In this document: piece after piece, positions 24,770 through 37,200 of the stretch
How the letters are laid out: each line of letters opens with the position of its first letter
How positions within the stretch are numbered: the first letter of the stretch is position 1
Program-made: the position numbers and the translations under genes
Source of the DNA: Octopus vulgaris
Lineage: Eukaryota
Direction of reading: 5' to 3'
Assembly: GCA_951406725.2 (NCBI GenBank)
Contig: OX597815.1
Coordinates: 45,756,001-45,820,000 of the forward strand
Length of the DNA stretch: 64,000 nucleotides
Notes under the pieces: model-generated
Databases searched by the model: none
What the model saw: only the letters and a program-made list of their open reading frames with translations
What the model was told of the DNA's origin: nothing

Positions 24770-25590
24770 GAAAATTACAGAAAGCATTATTGCTTATAAT
24801 TAGGAATGGGATTAACCTGGGTGAGATGTAGTTTTGCTTTATGCCAGGAATTGTTACCTCCAGTGCTATATTCCTAGCAAGACAACTGCAAGAGAAGTAC
24901 TTAGCTAGGAATAAGTCCCTGTACCTAGCATTCATTAACCTGCACAAGGCCTTTGTCAAGCAAGGTGCCTCACTCTGTTATCTGGTGTTTTTAGGGTAGA
25001 CAAATGACTAGTTAAGGCTGTTCAAGTTCCAGCAAGGTTAGAGTTAGCAATGAGTTCAGCAATGAATTTAACATGCAGGAGAGAGTTCATCATAGTTCAG
25101 TCCTTAGCCTTCGGTTTATTATAATTCTCCAACCCATTACAGGGGAGTTTAAGATCAAATCTCTGTGGGAACTCCTGTATGTTGATGACCTAGTTCTTAT
25201 AGCAGAATCTGTAGAAGATTTGGGGAAGAAATTCCTGATGTTGAAACAAATTAGGATTGAAAGGTCTTAAAGTAAACTTAGCAATGACTAAAATTATAGT
25301 AAATCTGAAAGTAGTTACAACCCTGCTATCATCAGGAAAGTAGTTGTTCTTGTTATGCAGAAAGGAAGTAGGTAGACATTTATTGTATTGTGTCCAATGT
25401 AGACAATGGAGGCTCAAGGGGGATGTGGTGGGATCACAGTTAGGATATAATAGAAATGGTAGAGTTTATGTGCAGCAGATGCGTGAGTGCAATAAAGATT
25501 GAGCATATGGGTTATACATTCTGTCAAAGGGCTGAAGGATTCCTAGAAGTACCTCATAGCTTCTGTTTGCTCGGCAATTTAATTAGCAGT
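24770..25590 (+). mobile_element. Decayed RTE RT fragment
   Basis: QFCFMPG..LQEKYL..LYLAFINLHKAF..VHHSSVLS..ELLYVDDLVL plus a Cys-rich insert, with many disablements. Confidence 0.8.
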
Positions 25591-26366
25591 TAGGATGAGT
25601 ATAATTTTCGTAATTACAGGAAAAAATTCTGGACATATTTCAGTCTTATTCTGATCTCATTAGTGATGAATGGCTTTTACCATTCCTGCTAAAGTAATAA
25701 TTGCAAAATCACAAAGTAAATTTGAAAGATTGTACATTTGTTGGTGTAGGAGAATAGAACTGCTTAGTGCATTAACTCAGATACACACATATTGCTTGAA
25801 AAATAGTGGGACTTATTAGTTGATAGATTAGTTAGAAGTCCTGCTATAATATAACTCATTCATGAAAAATAGGAATGTTTGAGTTATTTGTATGCATTCT
25901 TTCAATTCTATTTGCAAAAAGAAAATAATTTTATTTCATATTTTGTGGCATTTAATCAGTTGTTAATGATGACTTGCTGAAACATTTTTCTGAGTTATTT
26001 TTGTAATTTTTTATTTTATATTTTTATATTAGGATTCAAATATTTTTCAAGATTTTGAAATATAGAAATATGCAAAATCTTTCAAGTATTTTTACTATTA
26101 ATGACGTCTAGATTTTTCAGAAAATATACTTTAAGGCTTGGCTGTGGTTAAGAAGTTTGATTCCCAACCACTTGTTTTTGGGTTCAATCATATTGTGTGG
26201 CACTTTGAGCAAGTATATTCTACTATACACTTAGCTGACTAAATTCTTTGTGAGTGGATTGGCTTGATATGCATATATATGTACTCACACACACATATGT
26301 GGAGACTCATGGTTTAGTGAACTCACGAGTGCAAGATTGTGGTTTCAGTTCCGATATACACACATA

Positions 26367-26409
<43 letters not shown>

Positions 26410-26724
26410 GAAATTTATAGAAAAACAAAAGACGAAGACAGGTGTGTAAACAACAAACAAGTGTATTAGTTTAATGCTCGGGAAGGTGAGATAATCTTTT
26501 ACGTTTAGAGCCTACATTCTTCAACACAAAGGAACACGAGGAAATAAACAGTGAGAGAATAAAAAATCTTTTGGAGCTAGTGGTCAATCATGGTGGCTGG
26601 CTGGACAGAGGTAGTTAGACAGGAGAGCTAGGAAGAAGGGGAGATAATAAAGTATTGCTGATCCCAAAATAAAGGTGCCCATGCATGTGTATGTGAGTAT
26701 GTAGGTGTGTGCATGTGGATAGGG

Positions 26725-27550
26725 TAGGATGCGATTTCTCTGTCAGTAACCTTGACTTTGCCGACAACATTACCATCCTAGGGGAGTCCTATGGTGACAT
26801 TCAATATACTCTTGTTGGGCTAAACCTCACTGCCACAAGAGTTGGAATGAAGATCAATGCCTTGGAAATGAAGGTCCTCTCAGCCAACATATCTTCTTCC
26901 TCCAGGTCACTACTCATCTTGATGGAGAGACTGTGGGAGAGGCTAAGGAGTTCATATATCTCTGATCCATCTTACTGCCTCTGGTAAATCATGTGAAGTT
27001 GGTCTTATGCCACTTCCACAAGTGCTTGTGGCCACATTGGAAAATCCGCCTTGCGATGAAATACCGTATTTATCAGGCACTTGTCTGAATGGTTCTTCTT
27101 TATGCATGATGCTGATCTCCAGAAGCTGGAGGTCTTTGATCGCTTCTGTATTCATTGTCTTCTCCAACTGCATTTTGAATTGTCAACTTTATACTTGCTG
27201 TGGTCTCTCACTTCTTGAAGGAACTCTTCTGACAAGGAGACTACGGTGGTTTGGTCTGTGTTGTGGTGCCCCATAATAAACTCATCTGGAAGGTGACCAG
27301 ATCTTCCTCTGGGTTGGCATAAGCAGAGAGTGGTCAGCTGAAGACATGGCTCATGACAGTTAAAGCAGATATGGAGTTTGTTTGCAGCCCTTGAATCTTT
27401 GGCATTTATCACTGGAATTGGAAATTGTTTCAGCACATTGCAGAATTGGCTGCCAATAGATGTGCATGAACCACTCTGACCCATGGCGCCAATGAACTCA
27501 GTAGGTGTCAGCTTAACCCTTCCTAGGTGAATGCTGTTACAAGACAAGTG
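26725..27550 (+). mobile_element. Decayed RTE-like LINE fragment (another family)
   Basis: NLDFADNI..GMKINA..KV and RRLRWFG motifs. Confidence 0.7.
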
Positions 27551-28874
27551 AGACAAGTATTTGGGGCTGTAGTCATAACCGAAGGAAGTCAGGAGGCTGA
27601 AATGGATGCCAGAATTCTGGTGCTGGTACAATAATGTGCCAGGTCCAGCATTCAATCCTCAGCAGAGGAGACTTTCGTAAAAATGCCAAGCTCACTATTT
27701 TCTTTTCTGTTTCCGTGCTTACTTACACATATGGTCATAAGTGTTGGGTAATGATCAAGAATACAATCACAAATACAAGTGGCTGAAATGGGGTTCCTCT
27801 GGAGGATCTCTGGATTAACATTACTTGATAGGGTGTACAGCTCAGAGATCTAAGAGTTTCTCCAGGTTGAGCTGCTACTTCTCTACATTGAGAGGTTACA
27901 GCCCCAGTACTAGAGATGTGATTATAATGTTGCAGGAAAGAATTGCAAGACAGAGTCTTCAAGTCAAGTCAACTGGCAGGAGACCTAGGTGTAGATCAAA
28001 AACGAAATGGTTGAATAATATCCATAGTCTCAGTTAGTCATACTTGGATATTCAGCTGGAAACTGTGATAACGTTTGTTTCTGATATGACCTTATGAAGA
28101 GGTATCTGAGGACTCTACCCTCATCACCCTCCCAGGAACAGTGGGCAGAGAAAATGACTGGCTGGTTAGATGAATTCTAATTAAGCTTTCACATTTGTGC
28201 ACTTTATCAGAAAGTACCAGTTTCTATAACATCTGCATAGACATTGTATTAGGATTGCCAAGTCTTTACACATGCCTTATTTATTTTGTTAATCTTTTTG
28301 CATATGGGGGTTGTGTTCTAATTGACTTACAGTATCTGGTGTTTATAAACCAGACTAAAATATTGGGTAACATTTCTTTGTTACTTAGTCTCAGCTTACT
28401 GAAACCATTTACTATTTCAATCTGCAAAGTCAAAGTCACCTTGATAATTATTCTATATTCTGCTTGTTTTTATTTTACATTTGCAGCACAGTTAAGCTAT
28501 TGCTGTAACTTATAGAAATTCCTCACAGAATTATAAATGGGTTTGATTATATCTGTTTCTCTGATCTTTTCTCACTTGCTATTTGATGATCATTTAACCA
28601 AGTTTAAATCGTTTCCAATATTCTATTTCTATTCTGTACCCTGTGTATTTAGTGTAAAAGTAAGCACTGATTCAGCTAAGTTGTACACACACGCGCATAA
28701 ATATTCTATTGTTTACATTTCATTGCACTAGGATAGTTCTCTCCCTTATCAAAACTAGGTATCGGTGGTGGAAAAAGCTATAATAGTAAACTTAGTTTTA
28801 TTTAATGACAATGTGTTCCTTGTTTTTTCTAGCTATTGCCATCTGTTTCTAGTTGCAAGTAAAAGAAAGGAGTC

Positions 28875-28990
<116 letters not shown>

Positions 28991-29609
28991 TATCTTAGCA
29001 GCAAAATGTTTCTAACAGGTATCATGTGCCTCAGCTAACTGAAACAATTTTACTCTTTGAAGTCACCTTGATAAGTTGTTCTGCTTTTTCTCTTGCCAGC
29101 ATACTCAAACTAGAGTACAGCAGTAACATTTGATTTTTTTAATTTTAAACATGTTTTGTTTAAACATACATACTATATTTAGAATTGAAAATGTTAATCT
29201 TACTTTATCAGATGCAACATTTAAATTTTTTTTTCTGTGATTTCAACTTCTAGTAGTAAAACCTAAATTTGAAGTTAAAGAGAATGTGCTAACCAAAAAG
29301 TTGTAGCATGTGGAATCTACTTTTGAGATTTCATTTTATATTCGTTACGAATTAGAGTTTTAACACAGATTGATGTCGTTAAATATAGTTTGTCATTATT
29401 TCTTAAGTATAAAGGAGATGCTTAGCACAAAGAATCTGGAACTAATCTTGATATTTTATTTGAATTAGGGTGTTCTGTATTTCTGACTTTGTTTTATTGA
29501 GGCCAGTGTTGCAATAAAGTAGGCACTGATTACAAATATAGCTGCATTTTCCAGAAAAAATAAAATCCTAAGCAATAATTTTACAAACTGTGGAGAGATT
29601 GTTATTTGT

Positions 29610-29906
29610 TCCTTCTCAAGCCATGCCTGGCTCATAGGGCCAGTTTCTCTGGTTTCCTTGGCGTATAGGTTCCCCACCTGGTTGGGACGCTGGTCCATTG
29701 CAGGTGAGCTACAAAATGCAGGAGGAAAGAGTGAGAGAAAGTTGTGGCGAAAGAGTCAGCAGAAGTTCGCCATTACCTTCTGCTGGAGCCGCATGGAGCT
29801 TAGGTATTTCGCTCATAAACACACACATCGCCCAGTCTGAGATTTGAACCTGCGATCCCTCGACCGTGAGTCTGCTGCTCTAACCACTAGGCCATGTGCC
29901 TCCACA
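29610..29906 (-). mobile_element. tRNA-derived SINE
   Basis: Minus-strand head GGAGGCACATGGCCTAGTGGTTAGAGCA...GGTTCAAATCTC (A and B boxes). Possible TSD TGGAGAGA. Confidence 0.75.
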
Positions 29907-30639
29907 TGGAGAGAGATTAGTTTATGTTAATGCAAATAGTTAATAGGTGTCCACTAAATTTTAAAAACAACAGCCTGAGTAAACTTGTGTCTAGATTTAA
30001 AAAAACCCACTTTCTGAACCTTATGAAAAAGATGACAGAGGACCAAGATATGTGGCACATTGCTGTACTTGAGAAGACCCGCTCACCACAACAGAATTGA
30101 GATCCTAAAACCAAGGTGCTATGTAAAAAGCACTGGTGCTGGTGCCACATAAAAAGCACTGGTGATGGTGCTGCATAAAAAGCATCCAGTATACTTTGTA
30201 AAGTGGTTGGCATTAGGAAGAGCACCCAGCCATAGAAACTGAGCTAAAACCGATTATGGAACCTGGTGTGACCCCTGACCTTCCCAGTTCCTGTCAAGTC
30301 ATCTAACCCATGCCAGCATGGAAAACAGATGTTAAATGATGATGATGTTAATTGCTTACATCTTGTTAGAAATATATTGAAAATTTCATTAAATATCTTA
30401 CCATATCCAAGTCAAATTTTTCAAACCAAAATTTACACCCCAAAATGGTAGATCAACTCATACATTAAGGTGACTTTAGAGGGCAAAGATTCCATGTGAA
30501 ATGCTGCAAGATTTGGAAAGATAGTGACAATGTTTGAATGTTTACATTATATACTATGTCAACTTGTTTGCTGGAAATTACAGTATGTCATTTCAAATGG
30601 AAACAACAGTTAAATACATTCAAGCTGCACATTATTGAT

Positions 30640-32200
30640 TTAGTTTTTATCATCCTGGTGTTGATAAAATAATTACCAGTCAAATCTTGGGTCATTATAA
30701 TCAACTACTTCTCCTCCAAATTTCTGGTCTTTTGGTGGGATTGTTAATGCTTTGTAAAATATGTTTTGCAATATTTGATCCATGTCTATACACTCTGAGT
30801 TCAAAGCCCACTGAAATTAGCTTAGGGTTTTTCTTTTGGATCAAAAATTAATTAATGCTGTCGTTTACTAGGTTCAATTTGATTGACTAATTCCTTCCCA
30901 CAAATTTCAGGCATTGTGCCTATATTAGAAACCATTTTTGTTGTTATTGCTATTGTTAAGGTGACAAGCTGGCAGAATTGTTACCACACTGGACTAAATG
31001 CTTAACAGTATTTTGTCTGTCTTTATGTTCTGAGTTCAAATTCTGCTGGTCAACTTCGCCTTTCATCCTTTTGGGGGTCAATAAAATAAGTACCAGTTTT
31101 GCACTGGGGTTGATGTAATCAACTTAGCTCGTCCCCCAAAACTGCTGGCCTTGTGCCAAAATTTGAAACCATTATTATTACTATTGTTAAGGCTGCAAAC
31201 TGGCAGAATCATTAGTACTCTTGGCAAAATGCTAAGTAGCATTTTGTCTGTTTTTATGTTCAGAGTTCAAATTCTACCAAGGTTGACACTGCCTTTCGTC
31301 TTTTGGGGGTTGATAAAATAAGTACCAGGTGAACACTGGGGTCGATGTCATTGACTTATCCCCTCCCCCGCAACTGCTGGTCATGTGCCAAAATTTGAAA
31401 TCATCATTATTATTATTAACATGAAAGCGGCAAGCTGGCAGAATCATTAACATGCAGAATCGTCCGTCTCTACATTCTAAGTTCAAATTCTGCTGAAGTC
31501 AACTTTTCCTTTCATCCTTTTGGGGTCAATAAATTAAGTACTAGTGAAACACTGGGGTCAGTCTAATTGACTAGTCCCTTCTCCCCACAAATTTCAGGCC
31601 TTGTGCCTATAGTAGAAACGATTATTATTATTTTAGAATTGTTAGCATACTGGGCAAAAGGCTTAGTGGCATTTCTGTCATTATGTTCTGAGTTCATATT
31701 CCACAAGTCGACTTTGCTTTTCATCCTTTTGGGGTCCATAAGATATGTACCAGTCAAGTTAATGCAATTGACTTACCCCTTCTCTCAAAAACTGTTGCTC
31801 TTGTGCCAAAATTTGAAGCCATCAAAATTACTACTGTTGTTGTTTTTAAAGCAGTGTTTTGGCACATTCAGTTTTATTTGCTTTCCTTTACATTCCAAGA
31901 TCTAGTTCTGCTGAGGTTGACTTTACCTTTCATCTTTTTTGGGTTTGATGAAAATAAGTATTAGTCAAGTACTGGAGATCATGTAATCAACTGTTTCCTT
32001 ACTCAAAATTTATAGCTTTGTACCCATGTTAAAAATCATTATTATCAAGGCAGTAGATAGCAGAATTAGTAGAACCAGAAAAAAACCAGAAAAAAAAAAA
32101 AAATACCTTGCAGTATTTAGTTACACAGTAGCAATAAACTAAATAGTACAGTCAAGTAATGGGTTGATATAATTGACTATATCTTCTGTTGGATTTTCTG
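30640..32200 (+). repeat. Head-to-tail array of about 8 Meta-domain-like SINEs
   Basis: Units of about 210-230 bp (AAGG..GCTGGCAGAAT..TTCTGAGTTCAAATT..TTTCATCCTTTTGGGGTC..CCTTGTGCC) separated by (ATT)n. Confidence 0.85.
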
Positions 32201-32708
32201 GCTCTGGGACTATCTTTCATCTTTTACTTGTTCCAGCCATTAGACTGTGCCCATGTGGAGACACTGCCTTGAAGAATTTTTAGTGGAATTAATTGACCCT
32301 GGTACTTATTTTTTGTTAAGCCTGGCACTTATTCTATTTGTCACATTTGCTGAACTGCTAAATTATAGGGACGAAAACCTACCAATGCTGGTATCAAATG
32401 ATAGAAGGACATGCATGCACACACGCATGCACAATGAGCTTCTTTCAGTTTCAGCCTACCAAATCCACACACAATGGTTTTGTTTGCTCTAAGCTATAGT
32501 AGAAGACATTTGCCTAAGGTTCCATGCAGTGGGACTGAACCTGGAACCATGTGGTTGGAAAGCCAGCTTCTTACCACACAACCATGCCAGTTCCTATAGA
32601 GTATGTACTGTTTTGGGTCCTAGGGCTCATAAAGCCAGTTCCCTGGTTTCCATGGCATATAAATAACTGAGATCACAACATTCCGCTTGAAAAGGATGTC
32701 ATTCCATT

Positions 32709-32808
32709 NNNNNNNNNNNNNNNNNNNNNNNNNNNNNNNNNNNNNNNNNNNNNNNNNNNNNNNNNNNNNNNNNNNNNNNNNNNNNNNNNNNNNNNNNNNN
32801 NNNNNNNN
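32709..32808. other. Assembly gap (100 N)
   Basis: Exactly 100 N, typical of a scaffold join of unknown size. Confidence 0.99.
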
Positions 32809-33908
32809 TAAAAATATTCTTTAATGTTTCAGAATAATGATAATATGTAAATCTGTTAAAAGTGATCTGTTTTAAGTCAAAGTTACTGTTTTACATTCTG
32901 ATAATACAACTATTGCATATAATGACAATGTGAAACATTTTTGAAATGGCTGGTAATATTTACTCACTGTCTTTAATCAAGACCACAGAATATGCAAAAT
33001 TATTATTGTTAAGATGGTGAACTGTTAGAACTGTTAGCCCACCAGGTAAAATACTTTATGGCATTTTGTCCATCTTTGTGTTCTGAGTTCAAATTCCACC
33101 AAGGTTGACTTTGTCTTTCATCCTTTCAGGGTTGATAGAATAGGTGCCAGTTGAACATTGGAGTTGATGTAATCGATTTATCCCTTCTCTTGAAACTGCT
33201 GGCCTTGTGCCAAAACTTGAAATCAATATTTATTCACTGTCTTTAATCCTCAAGACCATAAAATAAGCAAAATTCTTGAAAAAAACTCAAGAATGGTGTA
33301 AAATCTCTGAAGATATATCATCAAACAGCTTTTAATGATCTCTCAATCTTCAAAAACATCTCCTCCTATACAAAACTATTTTGTTATCATCTAAATTTGT
33401 AAATTTTTGAAAACCACTGAACATCCAACTAAATGATGTTGAATTCCATTGATAAGAAAATGAAGTACATAAATAAAAAGGAACTATAATGGAACCATTG
33501 AGGACTGAAGATTAGTTTATTTTAAAAGGAGATAAAGATAGAAATAATATCAAACAAGAAAACATCTTAAAAATTTTTTTACTCCAGATAATTTCCCCTG
33601 TACTGTTGTTTGTTCTCGTATAAAGTGCATTGGTTAAAAAAAAAAAACCCAAACAAATAATAATAAATAAAATAATTTTTATGCATATTTTAGAAATAAA
33701 ATAACTTTGCTTTAGAAAAAAGTGTAACAAACATATTGGATACATTGAAGAAATCAATGAAACTAGCAGTTTATGAGGAAATGAACATGATAAGATGAAT
33801 GAGTTCCAATTTGTACCAAGTTTCATTGCAAAATATATTTTAATTGGGAATTATTTCTCATCGCATCTTATTGCACCTGTACTTCTATTAATACATTGTG
33901 TGTTAAGT

Positions 33909-33946
<38 letters not shown>

Positions 33947-34122
33947 CCTTATCAACTACGGGTTTTACTATCTTATGATTCTATCTTCCTTACTATCTTC
34001 TACTCTCGTGTAGCTAGCCAGGTGCATCTGTTTATAAGCTGCATATCTTTTATTACCATGTAATAACATATTTTATTTTATATCTTCATTGGTTGATATG
34101 ATATTTTTATTTCTTTATTCAG

Positions 34123-34259
34123 CATAACAATGAATTGAATGAACTTATGAAAGATATGGAAGGATGGAGAGCTGCATTGCTTCGCTTAAATGGCGTCATT
34201 GACTGGGACCGGCCATACCATCCACTTGTACTTTTGGCTCCAATAACAATTATTTTTCT
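34123..34259 (+). CDS. ARL6IP1: Internal coding exon of an ADP-ribosylation factor-like 6-interacting protein 1 (ARL6IP1)-like gene
   Basis: tttctttattcag|CAT...TTTCT|gtgagt, 137 nt, phase 0 to 2. Encodes HNNELNELMKDMEGWRAALLRLNGVIDWDRPYHPLVLLAPITIIF(L), which aligns by eye with the recalled human ARL6IP1 segment LEEQLQGWGEVMLMADKVLRWERAWFPPAIMGVVSLVFL. A RETREG/FAM134 paralogue is a less likely alternative. Confidence 0.82.
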
Positions 34260-37200
34260 GTGAGTAACTGTTCATTTTTTCCATTTGTAATAAAGTTTAC
34301 TACTTCTTGAGAAAAAAAAATAACCTTTGTTTGAAATTTTTCATTTAAAAACTCAAAACTTCCATTTTTTATGAATGTGAAGACCAACTGTTGAAGTATA
34401 CTAGGTCTTATGAAGGAAATCTGATCTACCTTTTTCTCTGGTCATATCTATTGGTAAAGATAAACTTGGTACTATTATACAATGGAACATCTGTCAGTTT
34501 TACAATTTTGCACTTGCGTATATCTAGTTGGACTGGAGTAGTGAGAATTATATTTTCACAATGGGTATTTTGCAACATTGGTGACAGGATTGACATCTTT
34601 TTAGCTGACTGGTATTTACTCTATCTGTGGCCATGTGTTGCATTTCATATAAAAGCATCATGTAATGCCTAGGATTGGGGCACCAGTGAACGTTTTTATC
34701 TTCATACACCATCTCTCTCTCTCTCTCTCTGTATCCCTGCTGGGGTAACCATGTTTCTCTTCTATAGCAAGACACCTGGTTCTGTCCCTTTATCAAAATC
34801 TTGTGTCTCATCATCTGGCACAAAGCTACTTCTGTTAATACCACTCCCCTCTCAGTTGGGGGATCTTTGTCTTGCAAGTTACTTGGTGACCTTGCTGGTG
34901 CTGATGCCATGTAAAAATCATCCAGTACACTCTGTAAAGTGGTTGGTGTTAGGAAGAGCATCCAGCCATAGAAATCATGCCAGAGCAGACAGTAGCGTTT
35001 GGCACAGTCTTCTGGCTTACCAGCTCCCACCAAATTGTCCTGTCCATGCCAGTGTTGAAGATGAATGTTAAATGATGATAATTATGATAGTGTATTATTG
35101 GCAAGAGAGAACCACTTGAAGACTCCATCTCCCTCCAGGTTATTGACACAACTGGAAATCACAAGCACGTGAAATAAGTAAAATAATTGAACTAAATATT
35201 GAACCCTCAGCACAAACATTTTCTGAGAGCTTTCCATTTTTTTGTGACATTGACATTTTAACTTCAAGATTCAAAACTGAAGAGTAGAATTGAAATATTG
35301 TTTATAGGAAGAAGAAGAAATGAAAAAACATAAAACAAACCTGGCTTGGTATAAAGTATAATTAAGGCAAAATTGTATGAAATGGTAAGAGTAATAATCA
35401 GATACGCTGAGATACTGAGAAGGTTTTGCTACTGGAAGTTGTACTCTTTGAAAGGAAAACAAATTGGCATTCAGTAAGAAATGTAAGATAGAAAAGTAGT
35501 AGTGATAGGAAATAGGATTTGGCAATGGAGTTGAAATTTGAGTAAAAAAGAATAGAGCTTTAGATGGAATGAACACTGAAATAAAGTCTGTAGTTGTATT
35601 AGTCTAATGGAGAAAGATTAAGTTTGATGAGGAATTTCCATTTAGAGGGGAGCATTGGATAACTTTGAAATTTGTAAAGAATATCTTGGCCTAAGTAATG
35701 TATGATATATATCAGTTCTTTTTATTTTTGGAAATTAAGTAAATATAAGATTAGAAAATTATTTCTTGTTATTTTTACTGTTGGGTAGAACTTGTATAGA
35801 TGCTTCAATTTTACTTACAATGTTTGTACTTATGCATGCATAAAAAATTCCTATGAAAAGAAAAATTAAGGAAGTATTTTAAAACAACAATTCATTTGGT
35901 TATTCTGGGGAATTATATTTGTTTTAAATTTTGGCACAGGGTCAGCAGTTTTTGAGGGGAGTAGAAAGTTGATTATATTGATCCCCAGTACTTGATTTGT
36001 ATTTATTTCATCAACCTTGGAAGGATGAAAGGCAAAGTTGACCTTGATGGAATTTGAGTTCAGAACATATTAATGAACAAAATGCTTGGCAGCGTTTTGT
36101 CCAGCATACTATTGGTTCTGCCAGCTCACCACCTAATTCTGGTAATTTATAAAGATGATGTTTATTTATTTTTAATAAGGTAATTGTCCTCCTTAGTTTA
36201 GAATTAAAGGTTCTTAGTCAAATCTACTCTGGTACTGTGTATACAGCTAGGAGTAAGATAGCTGTTGTTAACCAGGGATGAAACCAACCGAAATATTGTG
36301 TAGATGTAAATATTAAAAAAATTTTCATCTCTAAGCTGATAGGTGAAAAGTCATAAGCTTATCACAATCTCAAGTTTGAGCACTTTTAATAATGGTTTCT
36401 AGGTAATAGACTTAGGTTAAGTCAAGAAGACAGACGCTTAGTAAACAAACTTTTGATAAAATTTCTTCTGCTTAGACTGCCTGTAATGCCAAGAACATTC
36501 AGCTATTAAATATCACTATTCTCATTAAGTTCAGCAGCAGTGTTGTGAATTTATAGTAAAATTGTAATTTAAAAAATGCAATCAAATAAAAAGAAGATAT
36601 ATCATAGCTATCACATGGATTTCTGCAAATTCTGTTTTGCAAAGGTTAATGGATTTTCTAATTTGTCATGATTGGATTTACAAGAGAATTATTTACATTA
36701 TACATTGAAATGAGGGGAATTTTTTTGTCTAAAGAAATGTTTCTCCTGCATGTATAATTATATCTTGTCAATGAATGTTGACAAGTTGTAAAACCAACAA
36801 AACTTTTGGAAGAAAAAACATAATTAATAAATGAGTGGAAATTGAATCGATGAGTGTGTTAGATTGTAAGGCATTAAGACAATATGACTCTCCCCAGACA
36901 ACAAAATTTGCTTCAACACATGAATTCACATAAAGAATCATGCAAATTAGATACAAAAACGAAGTATAGTTATATCATTACTTCATTAGGTTAAAGGCCA
37001 TGATCTGGTAGAATCGTTAGCATACTGGACAAAATGCTTAGTGGTAATTTTTCTGGTATTATGTTCTGAGTTCAAATATTACCTTTCATTCTTTTGGGGT
37101 CAATAAAATAAGTACCAGTTGTGCACTGGTGTTGATGTAATTGACTTACCCACTCCCACTAAAATTGCTGGCCTTGTGCCAAAATTTGAAAGAATTATTT

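Noticed and set aside
30640-32200. Regularly spaced repeats resembling a CRISPR array or tRNA cluster
   Set aside because: Units are about 220-bp diverged SINEs without unique spacers or complete cloverleaves, in a eukaryotic context.
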